Source: Gemmatimonadota bacterium (GTDB lineage Bacteria > Gemmatimonadota > Gemmatimonadetes > Longimicrobiales > RSA9). Taken from it: a stretch of DNA of 64,000 nucleotides. A program made the translations under genes and the position numbers. This document shows, piece by piece, positions 1-10,255 of this stretch. The notes under the pieces were generated by a model. The model was not told where the DNA came from, searched no databases, and was given only the letters and a program-made list of their open reading frames with translations. The number at the start of each line of letters is the position of its first letter. The stretch's first letter is position 1. The stretch spans positions 3,426 to 67,425 of the forward strand of contig JBBEBA010000077.1 of NCBI GenBank assembly GCA_040882575.1, in the 5' to 3' direction.

Positions 1-858
1 GAAGCGGCTGTGCATGAGCTCGTGGACGGCGCCGATCGTCTCCTGGTGGCGCGCGGCGTCGCGGATGACGACGTGGCCGCTCATGGCGAGGTAGCCGCTC
101 GTGACGGTCCAGACGTGGAGGTCGTGCACCTCCTCGACTCCCTCGAGGCTGCGAATCGCGGCGTACACGGCGTTCAGGTCGATGTGGCGCGGTACTGCCT
201 CGAGCAGGACGTCTACGGATTCGCGGACGAGACGCCATGCACCGGCGAGGATGAGCAGTGCGACGAACACGGAGATGAGCGGGTCGGCGGGTGTCCACCC
301 AGTGGTCAGGATGACGACGGCGGCGAGGATCGCGCCCGCGGAGCCGAGCAGGTCGCCGATCACGTGGAGGTACGCGCCGCGCACATTGAGGTTGTGGCCG
401 GACGTGGAGTGCAGCAGGAACGCCGCCAGGATGTTGACGACGAGGCCGGCGGCGGCGACGGCGAGCATGAGACCGCCCCGGATCTCCTGCGGCTCGCTGA
501 ATCGCGCCCAGGCCTGCCACAGGATGAGCGCGGAGATCAGGATCAGCGTAGCGCCGTTCACCAGAGCGGCGAGGATCTCCATGCGCATGTAGCCGTAGGT
601 CATCTCGGGCGTTGCGGGCCGGCGCGCGAACGTGAGGGCGAACGCGGACAGGCCGAGGGCGGCGACGTCGCTCAGCATGTGCCCGGCGTCGGCCATCAGT
701 GCGAGTGAGTTCGACAGCAGGCCGCCAGCGAGCTCGACGACCATGAACAGCGCGGTCATGCCGAGCACGATCAACAGGCGGGTTCGTCCCAGATCGCGCG
801 CCTGTGCGTGATCATGACCGTGAACATGGCCGTGATCGTGGTCGTGCGGGTGTGTCAT
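1..858 (-). CDS. Cation diffusion facilitator (CzcD/ZitB-type metal efflux) protein; C-terminal end runs off the left edge of the window
   Basis: Absent from the ORF track because it is open at the window edge. My minus-strand translation from the ATG at 858-856 gives MTHPHDHDHGHVHGHDHAQARD...LSNSLALMADAGHMLSDV...HVIGDLLGSAGAI...VHDLHVWTVTSG. That is a His-rich N-tail plus the typical CDF blocks. The start overlaps the stop of the upstream ORF (ATGA). Confidence 0.85.
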   Translation of the reverse strand, partial: MTHPHDHDHGHVHGHDHAQARDLGRTRLLIVLGMTALFMVVELAGGLLSNSLALMADAGHMLSDVAALGLSAFALTFARRPATPEMTYGYMRMEILAALVNGATLILISALILWQAWARFSEPQEIRGGLMLAVAAAGLVVNILAAFLLHSTSGHNLNVRGAYLHVIGDLLGSAGAILAAVVILTTGWTPADPLISVFVALLILAGAWRLVRESVDVLLEAVPRHIDLNAVYAAIRSLEGVEEVHDLHVWTVTSGYLAMSGHVVIRDAARHQETIGAVHELMHSRF

Positions 859-1247
859 CGTGATTCGGTGAAACGGGCGTCGGCCGGAATGACCCAGGTC
901 CAGTGGCCATCCAGCGGCAATGTGCGCGGCGGCACGGCCAGCTCGGCGCCGGCCTGCGTGCGCGCTATCAGCATGATCGGCTCGCCGGCGGGCACCGGCG
1001 CCATGCCGGAGATGCCGAGCGGCACGGCCAGTCCGATGCCGGTTGCGGCTTCCGGTCGCGTGGTGAGGCGGTAGAGGATCGTGAGTGGCTGCGCGGTCCG
1101 GTTCTCCACGCTGAGCGAGGCGAGCGCCGCCCGCGCGCGCCCGGGCTCCGGATCCGCCTCCGGCGTGTTGCGCGGCGAAGCGCCGGCACAGCCGCAGGCG
1201 ACGGCGAGGAGTGCGGCCGCGACGACACCGCGTGCGATCTCAGGCAT
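855..1247 (-). CDS. Small hypothetical lipoprotein
   Basis: 130-aa ORF with a signal peptide and lipobox (AAALLAVACGC). It overlaps the otsB stop by 8 nt upstream and the CDF gene start by 4 nt downstream. No recognisable domain. Confidence 0.55.
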   Translation of the reverse strand: MPEIARGVVAAALLAVACGCAGASPRNTPEADPEPGRARAALASLSVENRTAQPLTILYRLTTRPEAATGIGLAVPLGISGMAPVPAGEPIMLIARTQAGAELAVPPRTLPLDGHWTWVIPADARFTESR

Positions 1248-2043
1248 GAGGCCCCGCGAGGCGCCTCAGGAACTCCGCGACGTCGCCGGTGCCGCGGAGG
1301 AACGCCGGCGCGGCGGTATCCGCGGGCGGCGGATCCCCGACGACGATGGCGAAATCGTTGCCGCCGAGCTCGCGGAACGCATCCTCATCCGTGCGGTCGT
1401 CGCCGATGAACACTGCGGGAGCCGCGCCGTGGCGGGCTTCGAGCGTGTCGCGCAGGAACCGGAGGGCCCTGCCCTTGTGCCAGTCCACGTCCGGCCGGAT
1501 CTCGACCACCTTCCTGCCGTCCGTGACACGAAGGTCCGGCTCCGCGCGGGTGCGGTCGCGCACCGTGCTTCGAACGAGCTCGGCACCAGCCTCGTCATGG
1601 ACCTGCCGGTAGTGCACTGACAGGGTGAGCCCCTTGTCTTCGACCCAGGTGCGGGAGTCGGGATCGAGCGGCGCCAGCACCTGTCGCAGCTGTTCCGCCA
1701 GGGTTGCCATGCGCGAGCGCCCGGCCTCGGCAGCGGGGTGCACGCGGTGCACACCCGGCCCCTCGATCTCGAGGCCGTGGTTGCCGGCATAGTAGACGCC
1801 GTCGATGCCGACGCGTTCGGCGAGGTCGCGCAGGGCGCGTCCGCTGATGAGGGCCACGCGCGTGTCCGCGCGGCGCGCGAGCGACTCCAGCACGGGCCGC
1901 AGCGCGGCAGGCAGCGCAGCGTCCCCGGGCCACGGCACGATGGGCGCGAGGGTGCCGTCGAAATCGAGGCCGAGCAGCAGCGAGCCGGAGTGGTCGCGCG
2001 CCGCGCGGAGGCGGGGTACGAGGTCGAGTGCGTCGCGAATCAT
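1240..2043 (-). CDS. otsB: Trehalose-6-phosphate phosphatase (HAD-IIB)
   Basis: Lies within track ORF 1240..2499. The conserved part begins at the internal ATG (2043-2041): MIRDALDL...LLLGLDFDGTLAPIV...ALISGRALRDL...YAGNHGLEIEG...FIGDDRTDEDAF. The upstream 152 aa of the ORF are low-complexity and antisense to the next gene. Confidence 0.8.
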   Translation of the reverse strand: MIRDALDLVPRLRAARDHSGSLLLGLDFDGTLAPIVPWPGDAALPAALRPVLESLARRADTRVALISGRALRDLAERVGIDGVYYAGNHGLEIEGPGVHRVHPAAEAGRSRMATLAEQLRQVLAPLDPDSRTWVEDKGLTLSVHYRQVHDEAGAELVRSTVRDRTRAEPDLRVTDGRKVVEIRPDVDWHKGRALRFLRDTLEARHGAAPAVFIGDDRTDEDAFRELGGNDFAIVVGDPPPADTAAPAFLRGTGDVAEFLRRLAGPHA

Positions 2044-2164
2044 CGGTCGAGGGTAACGGATGCTTCGCCGCTCAGGCAAACGCGAGTTGCCGCGCCCCGA
2101 TGGCTGCGCTAGACTCCCGGTGACGACCTGCCTCCACGCTCTCACCGTAAATGGTTGCTGCGCA

Positions 2165-3157
2165 ATGAAATCCATGCGACTCACCATGATTGCGGCCGCC
2201 CTTTCGCTGACGGCCTGCGGCGGTTCACGACAGGCGGTCGGCGATGTCGACAGTGTGATCGTGATCGCCACCGATTCACTCTGGGCAGCAGTCGGGGACA
2301 GCATGCTGGCCGCCCTGGAGCCCCGCATCTTCACGGTCCGTCCGGAGCGGACCTTCGAGGTCACGCATGTGGCACCGTCGGACGATCGCTGGATGGAGCT
2401 GCGGCGGTTCCGGCAGGTGCTGACGCTGGGCGCCGCCGGGGACCCGTGGGTGAAGCCGGTGCTCGAAACGGCACGCGAGGGCGAGCGGGGCGGTGACATC
2501 GTGCAGTCGAGCGACGTGTGGGCGTCGAATCAGTTCGCCACAGCGGCAGTGCTGCCGGCGAGCAGCGCGGCGGACGCGGCGCGGGATCTGGTGCCGCGCA
2601 TCGCGGCCGTGCTCGACAGTACGTTCCGGGTCTACGCCGTGCGTCGCATGTACATGAGCGGCGCCGACACGCTGCTGCGAGACAGCCTGGCAGACTCAGC
2701 CGGGTTCGGAATCCTGCTGCCGATGGTCTACGAGCCGGTGGACCGCGGCCCGGGCGTCTGGCTGTTCCAGAACAGCACATCGATCGGTGGCGACCTGATC
2801 CGGTCGGTGCTGGTCACGTCGCTGGCGGGTCTGCTGGAGCCGACGGCGGAAGTCGCGTTTGCATGGCGCGACAGCGTGGCGCGCGCCGAGTACCTGCCGC
2901 CGCAGGAGACCGCGCGCGAGCCGGAGCGGATGCAGTCGCGGGCCGTTCCCGGTGCCGCAGCCATCGAAGTACAGGGGGTGTGGACCGGCACCGACCCGTC
3001 ATGGCCGAGCAGCGGACCGTTCATAGCACGCGTGGTGCAGTGCCCGGCGCAGAACCGCACGTACCTCATCGACACGTGGCTGTTTGCGCCGGGCAGATCC
3101 AAGTACGAGTACATGATTCAGCTGAACACGATGCTGGACACTTTCGCGTGCGCGTGA
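2165..3157 (+). CDS. Hypothetical lipoprotein
   Basis: Internal ATG at 2165 gives MKSMRLTMIAAALSLTACGG (signal peptide plus lipobox). Codon third positions are GC-rich throughout. The family is not confidently recognised. Confidence 0.6.
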   Translation: MKSMRLTMIAAALSLTACGGSRQAVGDVDSVIVIATDSLWAAVGDSMLAALEPRIFTVRPERTFEVTHVAPSDDRWMELRRFRQVLTLGAAGDPWVKPVLETAREGERGGDIVQSSDVWASNQFATAAVLPASSAADAARDLVPRIAAVLDSTFRVYAVRRMYMSGADTLLRDSLADSAGFGILLPMVYEPVDRGPGVWLFQNSTSIGGDLIRSVLVTSLAGLLEPTAEVAFAWRDSVARAEYLPPQETAREPERMQSRAVPGAAAIEVQGVWTGTDPSWPSSGPFIARVVQCPAQNRTYLIDTWLFAPGRSKYEYMIQLNTMLDTFACA

Positions 3158-3164
3158 CTGCATA

Positions 3165-6100
3165 ATGTCCTTCGTCCATCTGCACACGCACAGTGAATAC
3201 TCCCTGCTGGACGGCGCCAACCGGCTGACCGACCTGATCCGGCGCACGCAGGAGCTCGAGATGCCCGCGCTCGCGCTGACCGACCACGGCTGCATGTACG
3301 GCGCGTGGGAGTTCAACGAAAAGGCGAACAAGGCGGGCATCAAACCGATCCTCGGCATGGAAGCCTACGTCGCGCCGGGCGACCGCCGCAGCCGGATCGC
3401 GACGCGCGGCCCCGACGGGCGGCCCGACGACCGGTATTTCCACCTCGTCATGCTGGCGCGCGACCTGGAGGGCTACCGCAACCTGGTCCGGCTCACGTCG
3501 ATCGGGTACCTGGAAGGCTTCTACCACCGTCCGCGCATCGACCGCGAGGTGCTGGCCCGGCACGCGGAGGGGATCATCGTCACGTCCGCCTGCATGGCGG
3601 GCGAGGTGGCACGGCACCTGTCGGCGGACCGGTGGGACGAGGCGCGCGAGGCGGCGTCGTGGTACGCGAACCTGTTCGACGGCCGCTACTACCTCGAGGT
3701 GCAGGCGCACGACAGCCCCGGCCAGCACGAGCTGAACGACAAGGTGTTCAGGCTCGCGGCCGAGCTGGGCCTGCCCGTAGTCGCCACGAACGACACGCAC
3801 TTCCTGCGCGCGGACGATCATGACGCGCACGACGTGCTGCTGTGCATCGGCCTCGGCAAGGACCGCACGGACGAGAACCGCATGAAGTATGATGCGGGCC
3901 TCTACTTCAAGTCGGCGGACGAGATCTCTTCGAGGTTCGCCGACCGGCCCGACGTCGTGGCGAACACGCTCGCCATTGCCGACACCGTCGATGTCCGCTT
4001 CACGAAGCAGTACCACGTGCCGCAGTTCCCGCTGCCGGCCGATGTCGCATCGGAAGCCGAGCTGCTGCGCCGCCTCACGTACGAGAAGGCGCACGCGCGC
4101 TTCGGCGACCCGCTGCCGGACGGCTGGCAGGAGCGCATCGAGTACGAGCTCGGCGTGATCTCCAACGAGAAGGCGGACTACGCGGGCTACTTCCTGATCA
4201 CACAGGACTTCATCAACTGGGCGAAGGAGCATGACATCCCGGTGGGTCCGGGGCGCGGCTCGGCGGCGGGCTCGCTGGTCGCGTACGTGATCGGCATCAC
4301 GGGCGTGGACCCGCTCGCGTTCGACCTGCTGTTCGAGCGATTCCTGAACCCCGACCGCGTGTCGATGCCCGACATCGACATCGATTTCTGCTACGAGCGG
4401 CGCGGCGAGGTGATCGAGTACGTGCGCGAGAAGTACGGCCGCGATTCGGTCGGTCAGATCATCACGTTCGGCACCATGAAGTCACGCGCCGTCGTGCGCG
4501 ACGTCGGCCGCGTGCTCGGCCTCGAGCCGTCGGAGACCGACCGGCTCGCCAAGCTGATCCCGAATGCGCCGAACAACTCGCTGACGGTCGCGGAAGCGGC
4601 CGAGAAGGTGAGCGAGCTGCGCGCGCTGATCGCGGAGGACCCGCGCGTCGCACAGCTCGTCGAATACGCGAAGGTGCTCGAGGGCCTGTCGCGGCACGCG
4701 AGCGTGCATGCCGCCGGCGTCGTCATCGCACCGGGGCCGCTGCACGAGTATGTGCCCGTGTGCACGCAGTCCGCGCGCAGCGGCGGCGCCGGCGATGACG
4801 AGACGGTGATCGTCACGCAGTGGGACATGAACGCGCTCGAGCAGGCGGGCATGCTCAAGATGGATTTCCTCGGGCTGAAGACGCTGACGGTCATCTTCGA
4901 CGCCGCGGCCGCGATACGGTCCAGGCACGGCGCGCTCAGGCACCCGCAGACCGGCGTCACGTACGAGACGATGGACGATGTCCCGCTCGACGATGCGGAC
5001 GTATACGACATGCTCGCGCGCGGCGGCACCACGGGCGTGTTCCAGTTCGAGTCGCAGCTCGCGACGGATAAGCTGCGGGCGATGAAGTGCGACTGGTTCG
5101 AAGACCTGGTCGCGACGAACGCGCTGATCCGGCCCGGCCCGCTGGACTCCGGCATGACCGACGTCTACATCCGCCGCAAGCTCGGCCGCGAGCCGGTGCG
5201 CTACCCGCACCCGCTACTGGAGGAGGTGCTGGCGCCGACGTACGGCGTCATCACGTACCAGGAGCAGGTCATGCGCATGGCGCAGGTGCTGGCCGGCTTC
5301 ACGCTTGCCGAAGCCGACGTGCTGAGGAAGGCGGTCGGCAAGAAGGACATGGACCTGACGCAGCGCGAAGTCGGCCGGTTCGTCGAGCGCGCTATCGCGA
5401 ACGGCGTGGAGCAGCGCGTCGCGGACGAGATCGCGGAGCAGGTCACGACGTTCGGCCGGTACGGCTTCAACCGCTCGCACTCCGTCGCGTATGCCCTGCT
5501 CAGCTACCAGACGGCGTGGCTGAAGCGGCACTACCCGGCGGAGTTCATGGCGGCGCTGCTCTCGTCGGTGATCGACAGGACGGACGACGTCGTCGGCTAC
5601 ATCGCGGAATGCCGCGAGCTCGGACGCTACCTGCCGGACCGGCCGAACGGCATCACCGTGCTGCCGCCTGACGTGAACGAGTCCGGCTGGAAGTTCACGC
5701 CGGTTTCCGGCGACGCGATCCGCTTCGGTCTCGGCGCACTGCGCGGCCTCGGCGCGGGCGCGGTGAACTCGATCCTGGACAACCGTCGCACGGGCGGTGC
5801 ATACCGGTCGCTGTTCGAGCTGGCCGACCGCGTGGATCTGCGGCTCGCGGGCAGACGCCCGCTCGAGGCGCTGATCCTGTCGGGCGCGTGCGACCAGTTC
5901 ACGCAGCCGGCGGCGCATCGTGCACAGCTGCTGGAAGCGCTGGACCTGGTCGTGCGCGAGGCGCAGCTCCGGCACGAGGAGCGGTCCAGCGGGCAGGCAT
6001 CACTGTTCGACGCGGGCGGGCCGGCCGAGCTGCCGGAACGGCCGGAGCCGCTGCTGCCGGACGTGCCGCGCTGGACGGAGTCTGAGCGGCTGACGCGCGA

Positions 6101-6746
6101 AAAGGAGATCCTCGGTTTCTTCATCAGCGGCCACCCGCTCGAGAGGTACCGCGATGAGGTGCGCGTGTTCGAGCAGGTCAACACGGCGGCGCTGAAACAG
6201 TTCCGCGATCAGAAGGTGGAGCTGGCATGCGTCGTCACGAACGTGACCCGACAGATCTCGAAGAAGAACGGTGCCGAGTGGGGCCGCCTGACCGTGGAGG
6301 ACTTCTTCGGCACGGCAGCGGTACTGGCGTTCGGCGATGTGTGGGAGCAGTATCATGATCTGCTGGCGCAGGACGCGCCGGTACTGCTGCGCGGCCAGGT
6401 CTCCGGCCGCGACCGCGACGAGGACGCGCCGCCGATCTTCCTGGACAGCGCGGTCTCGCTGGCGCGGCTGCGGACGAGCGGCAGCCTCGCGATCGAGGTC
6501 GCCCTGGCGAGTGGCGGCACGCCGGCAGCCGTGGCCAGCGCTGCCGCGGCGTTCGTCGCGCATCCCGGCCAGTCTCCCGTCTACGTGACGGTTGCGCACG
6601 GGAGCGGCGCGGGCGGCAACGGCAGCGGCTCGACCGAGACGGTGCGGCTGCGCTCGCGCAGCATCACCGTGACGCCGAGCGAGGGGCTGCTGGACGAGCT
6701 GCGGGCGCTGTTCGGCGCCGACCGGATCCGCCTCGTGCGGTCCTGA
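3165..6746 (+). CDS. dnaE: DNA polymerase III alpha subunit
   Basis: 1193 aa. N-terminal PHP domain MSFVHLHTHSEYSLLDGA...ALTDHGCMYGA, plus the polymerase core and OB-fold regions typical of DnaE. Confidence 0.97.
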   Translation: MSFVHLHTHSEYSLLDGANRLTDLIRRTQELEMPALALTDHGCMYGAWEFNEKANKAGIKPILGMEAYVAPGDRRSRIATRGPDGRPDDRYFHLVMLARDLEGYRNLVRLTSIGYLEGFYHRPRIDREVLARHAEGIIVTSACMAGEVARHLSADRWDEAREAASWYANLFDGRYYLEVQAHDSPGQHELNDKVFRLAAELGLPVVATNDTHFLRADDHDAHDVLLCIGLGKDRTDENRMKYDAGLYFKSADEISSRFADRPDVVANTLAIADTVDVRFTKQYHVPQFPLPADVASEAELLRRLTYEKAHARFGDPLPDGWQERIEYELGVISNEKADYAGYFLITQDFINWAKEHDIPVGPGRGSAAGSLVAYVIGITGVDPLAFDLLFERFLNPDRVSMPDIDIDFCYERRGEVIEYVREKYGRDSVGQIITFGTMKSRAVVRDVGRVLGLEPSETDRLAKLIPNAPNNSLTVAEAAEKVSELRALIAEDPRVAQLVEYAKVLEGLSRHASVHAAGVVIAPGPLHEYVPVCTQSARSGGAGDDETVIVTQWDMNALEQAGMLKMDFLGLKTLTVIFDAAAAIRSRHGALRHPQTGVTYETMDDVPLDDADVYDMLARGGTTGVFQFESQLATDKLRAMKCDWFEDLVATNALIRPGPLDSGMTDVYIRRKLGREPVRYPHPLLEEVLAPTYGVITYQEQVMRMAQVLAGFTLAEADVLRKAVGKKDMDLTQREVGRFVERAIANGVEQRVADEIAEQVTTFGRYGFNRSHSVAYALLSYQTAWLKRHYPAEFMAALLSSVIDRTDDVVGYIAECRELGRYLPDRPNGITVLPPDVNESGWKFTPVSGDAIRFGLGALRGLGAGAVNSILDNRRTGGAYRSLFELADRVDLRLAGRRPLEALILSGACDQFTQPAAHRAQLLEALDLVVREAQLRHEERSSGQASLFDAGGPAELPERPEPLLPDVPRWTESERLTREKEILGFFISGHPLERYRDEVRVFEQVNTAALKQFRDQKVELACVVTNVTRQISKKNGAEWGRLTVEDFFGTAAVLAFGDVWEQYHDLLAQDAPVLLRGQVSGRDRDEDAPPIFLDSAVSLARLRTSGSLAIEVALASGGTPAAVASAAAAFVAHPGQSPVYVTVAHGSGAGGNGSGSTETVRLRSRSITVTPSEGLLDELRALFGADRIRLVRS

Positions 6747-6758
6747 GAAAGGAAGAGA

Positions 6759-7712
6759 TTGAGTTCGCGACCCGACATGAACGATGCCGCGCGTCTGGAG
6801 CAGCAGATCCGGCAGCTCGAGCAGCTGGGCGAGCAGCATGATCTCGATGTGGCCGATGAGGTGAGCGTGCTGCGCCAGAAGCTGGAGGCGATGCACGAGC
6901 ACACGTACCGCAACCTGACGGCGGTCGAGCGCGTGCAGCTGGCGCGGCACCCGAAGCGGCCGTACACGCTCGATTACATCGACCGCACCTTCTCCGATTT
7001 CATCGAGCTGCACGGCGACCGCAACTTCCGCGACGACGAAGCGATCGTATGCGGCTGGGCGCGACTCGACGGCCGCACCGTCATGGTCATCGGCCACCAG
7101 AAAGGCCGCGACATGAAGGACAACCTGCGCCGCAACTTCGGCATGCCGCACCCCGAGGGCTACCGCAAGGCGCTGCGCGTGATGCAGCAGGCGGAGAAGT
7201 TCGGCCACGCGATCATAACGCTGATCGACACGCCCGGCGCGTACCCGGGGCTCGGTGCGGAGGAGCGCGGTCAGGCGGAGGCCATTGCGCGGAACCTGCG
7301 CGAGATGGCCCGGCTGCGGGTGCCCGTCGTTGCAGTGGTCATCGGCGAGGGCGGCAGCGGCGGCGCGCTCGCGCTCGGCGTCGCCGACCGCGTGATCATG
7401 CTCGAGAATGCGGTGTACAGCGTCATCTCGCCCGAGGGCTGCGCCGCGATTCTGTGGAAGACGGCCGGCGCGAAGGACCAGGCGGCCGAGGCGCTCAGGC
7501 TGACCGCGCCGGACCTGTCGGCGCTGGGCGTGATCGACGACGTCGTGCCCGAGCCGATGGGCGGTGCGCAGACGGACTGGGACACGACGGCGGGCGCTCT
7601 CAGGGCCACGCTGATCCGGCACCTCACCGAGCTCGATGCAGTGGCCGCCGACGAGCGACGCGAGCAGCGCTGGCGGAAGTTCGAAGCGATGGGCGAATGG
7701 GTTGAAGGATAG
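6759..7712 (+). CDS. accA: Acetyl-CoA carboxylase carboxyltransferase alpha subunit
   Basis: Motifs [13 protein letters not shown]...[22 protein letters not shown]...[23 protein letters not shown] start at 6759 follows GAAAGGAAG; the alternative ATG is at 6777. Confidence 0.93.
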   Translation: MSSRPDMNDAARLEQQIRQLEQLGEQHDLDVADEVSVLRQKLEAMHEHTYRNLTAVERVQLARHPKRPYTLDYIDRTFSDFIELHGDRNFRDDEAIVCGWARLDGRTVMVIGHQKGRDMKDNLRRNFGMPHPEGYRKALRVMQQAEKFGHAIITLIDTPGAYPGLGAEERGQAEAIARNLREMARLRVPVVAVVIGEGGSGGALALGVADRVIMLENAVYSVISPEGCAAILWKTAGAKDQAAEALRLTAPDLSALGVIDDVVPEPMGGAQTDWDTTAGALRATLIRHLTELDAVAADERREQRWRKFEAMGEWVEG

Positions 7713-7714
7713 GC

Positions 7715-8620
7715 ATGGCCAGCATCGTTGAGGTCAGCTTCAAGGGCAACCGTCGCGAGTACTACGCGTCGGAGCTGGAGACGCTGGATCTGTCGAGCTA
7801 TGTGATCGTCGAAGCGGACCGCGGCGAGGATCTCGGCCGCGTCACCGCCGCGGGCGCCGTCGCGGAGCGGAAATGCTCCGGGTGCTCGACCGGCTGTGCG
7901 GCGCCCGTGCCGGTGAAGCGCGTGACGCGCGTGGCGCGGCCGGACGAGGTGCAGCGGGCGGTGACGCTGCGCTCCGACGAGCCGCGCGTACGTCGCATGA
8001 CGCGCGAGAAGGTGGCGCAGTACAACCTGAAGATGAAGGTAAGCGAGACAGAGTGGCAGTTCGACCGGAACAAGCTGACCATCTACTTCACGGCCGAACG
8101 CCGCGTGGACTTCCGCGAGCTGGTCCGCGACCTGGCGCGCACGTTCCGGACGCGCATCGAGCTGAAGCAGATCGGCGTCCGCGATGAAGCAGCGCTGCTC
8201 GGCGGCGTCGGCCGCTGCGGCCGCGACCTGTGCTGTTCGAGCTGGCTGCGCGAACTGAAGCCCGTCAGCCTCCAGCTCGCCAAGGATCAGCGGCTCTCGC
8301 TGAATCCCGCCCAGATCTCCGGCTGCTGCGGCCGTCTGATGTGCTGCCTGACCTACGAGCACGACGCGTACGTACAGGCGCGCAAGCGGTTCCCCCGCGA
8401 AGGCAAGGTGCTCGTCACACTGGTCGGCGCCGAGAAGGTGATCGGCGTGGACATCTGGCGCGACCGCGTAGTGCTGCGGGACGAGGATGGCTCCCGCCGC
8501 ACGGTCGGACTGGACGAGCTGAAGAAGGAGGTCGCGGACGCCGCGCCGCGCGAGACCCCGCGCGAGCAGCGCGACGGCCTGCGCGACAACCCGCGCGGCG
8601 GCCCGGGGAGCCTGAATTGA
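7715..8620 (+). CDS. ricT: PSP1-domain protein (RicT/YaaT-like)
   Basis: MASIVEVSFKGNRREYY...KMKVSETEWQFDRNKLTIYFTAERRVDFRELVRDLA...IELKQIGVRDEA, followed by a Cys-rich CGRDLCCSSWL...CCGRLMCCL block. Confidence 0.8.
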   Translation: MASIVEVSFKGNRREYYASELETLDLSSYVIVEADRGEDLGRVTAAGAVAERKCSGCSTGCAAPVPVKRVTRVARPDEVQRAVTLRSDEPRVRRMTREKVAQYNLKMKVSETEWQFDRNKLTIYFTAERRVDFRELVRDLARTFRTRIELKQIGVRDEAALLGGVGRCGRDLCCSSWLRELKPVSLQLAKDQRLSLNPAQISGCCGRLMCCLTYEHDAYVQARKRFPREGKVLVTLVGAEKVIGVDIWRDRVVLRDEDGSRRTVGLDELKKEVADAAPRETPREQRDGLRDNPRGGPGSLN

Positions 8621-10134
8621 CGGAGCCCAAGCGGTTCTACATCACGGCCGCCATCGATTATGCGAACGGCGCGCCGCACATGGGGCACGCGATCGAGAAG
8701 ATCGGTCTCGACACCATGGCCCGGTACCGCCGGCTGCGCGGCGAGGCCGTCCACATGCTGATCGGCATGGACGAACACGGGCTCAAGGTCATGCAGAGCG
8801 CCGAGGCCGCAGGCGTCACCCCGCAGGAGTGGGTGGACGGCATTGCCGAGAAGTTCCGGACCACCTGGGAGCAGCTCGGCATCAGCAACGACGACTTCAT
8901 CCGCACCACGCAGCCGCGGCACCGGCCGGCCGTCGCGGAGATGATCCGGCGCATCGGCGAAGCCGGTGACCTCTACAAGGGCCGCTACGAAGGCTGGTAC
9001 TGTGTCGGCTGCGAAGCGTTCAAGCGCGACGACGAGCTGGTGCTCACGGAAGGAGAGGCGCCGCGCTGCCCGGTCCACCCTACCCGCGAAGTGTCCTGGA
9101 CCGAGGAGGAGAACTGGTTCTTCAGGCTCTCCGCCTATCAGGACCGCCTGCTGAAGCTGCTCGATGAGCAGCCCGGCTTCATCCAGCCGGAAAGCCGCAT
9201 GAACGAGATCCGCCACGTCATCGAGAGCGGGCTCGAGGACATTTCCGTCTCGCGCTCGCGCCTGCCATGGGGCGTGCCATGGCCTGGCGACGAGTCGCAC
9301 ACCGTCTACGTCTGGCTCGATGCGCTCACGAACTATCTCTCGGCCATCGGCTTCCCCGACGAGGACTACCGCCGATTCTGGCCGGCCGACTTCCACGTGA
9401 TCGGCAAGGACATCACCCGCTTCCACTGCATCTATTGGCCGGCCTTCCTCATGAGTGCCCAGGTCGACCTGCCGCGCGCCGTCTGGGCGCACGGCTTCGT
9501 CACGATCGGCGGCGGCAAGATGTCCAAGTCCGAGGGCGTCCGCGTCGAGCTCGATGACGCCATTGCCCGCCACGGCGCCGACGCGCTCCGCTACTTCCTG
9601 CTGCGCGAAATTCCCTGGAACGGCGACGGCGAATTCTCCTGGGAGCGCTTCGACGAGCGCTACATCAGCGAGCTCGCCGACAATTTCGGCAACCTCGCGA
9701 GCCGCTCCATTTCCATGATCGAGCGCTACCGCGACGGCATAGTGCCAGCCGCCGGGCGCTCCTCGCTCGACGAGGACATCGCCGCCGCACTGCTCCGCTA
9801 CCGCGGCGCCATGGACGCTCAGCTCCTGCACCAGGGCGTCATCGCGGCCACCCTGCTCGCGACCGCCGCCAACCAGTTCGTCGACGCGCGCGCGCCATGG
9901 GCCCAGGCCAAGGATCCCGCCCGCGCCGCCGACCTCGACTCGACGCTGGCTGCGCTCGCTCGCTGCGTCGCGACCCTCGCCAGCCTGCTGTTCCCCTTCA
10001 TGCCCGGCACAATGGCCCGGCTGGCGACCAGCCTCGGCCTCGACGCCGTGCCGCTCCTGGACGAGATCGCAACCCTGGATATGGCCGGCCGCCGCGTCCG
10101 CCGGGGGGACATCCTCTTCCCCAAACCGCGTTGA
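8617..10134 (+). CDS. metG: Methionyl-tRNA synthetase (short form, no C-terminal tRNA-binding domain)
   Basis: Lies within track ORF 8230..10134. An in-frame TTG at 8617 overlaps the ricT stop. Motifs FYITAAIDYANGAPHMGH (HIGH-type) and KMSKS are present. The upstream 129 aa overlap ricT and are Arg/Pro-rich. Confidence 0.92.
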   Translation: MTEPKRFYITAAIDYANGAPHMGHAIEKIGLDTMARYRRLRGEAVHMLIGMDEHGLKVMQSAEAAGVTPQEWVDGIAEKFRTTWEQLGISNDDFIRTTQPRHRPAVAEMIRRIGEAGDLYKGRYEGWYCVGCEAFKRDDELVLTEGEAPRCPVHPTREVSWTEEENWFFRLSAYQDRLLKLLDEQPGFIQPESRMNEIRHVIESGLEDISVSRSRLPWGVPWPGDESHTVYVWLDALTNYLSAIGFPDEDYRRFWPADFHVIGKDITRFHCIYWPAFLMSAQVDLPRAVWAHGFVTIGGGKMSKSEGVRVELDDAIARHGADALRYFLLREIPWNGDGEFSWERFDERYISELADNFGNLASRSISMIERYRDGIVPAAGRSSLDEDIAAALLRYRGAMDAQLLHQGVIAATLLATAANQFVDARAPWAQAKDPARAADLDSTLAALARCVATLASLLFPFMPGTMARLATSLGLDAVPLLDEIATLDMAGRRVRRGDILFPKPR

Positions 10135-10158
10135 GGAGGAGGACGACGGGGGGGAACG

Positions 10159-10255
10159 GCGGGGAGCGGGAAACGGTGCCACAAAGGCGGGAACGGCGGG
10201 ACGGCGGGAGCTGCGGGGAGCGGGAAACGGTGCCACAAAGGCGGGAACGGCGGGA
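10159..10255 (+). repeat. Two perfect 43-bp direct repeats (10159-10201 and 10213-10255) separated by 11 bp, G-rich on the + strand
   Basis: GCGGGGAGCGGGAAACGGTGCCACAAAGGCGGGAACGGCGGGA occurs twice with a 54-bp period. Each copy contains two GGGAA(A)CGG sub-motifs. Confidence 0.95.

Noticed and set aside
10159-10255. Possible CRISPR array, suggested by two identical 43-bp repeats
   Set aside because: There are only two copies, separated by an 11-bp spacer that is far too short. The repeat has internal sub-repeats rather than CRISPR-like structure. No cas genes lie in the window.
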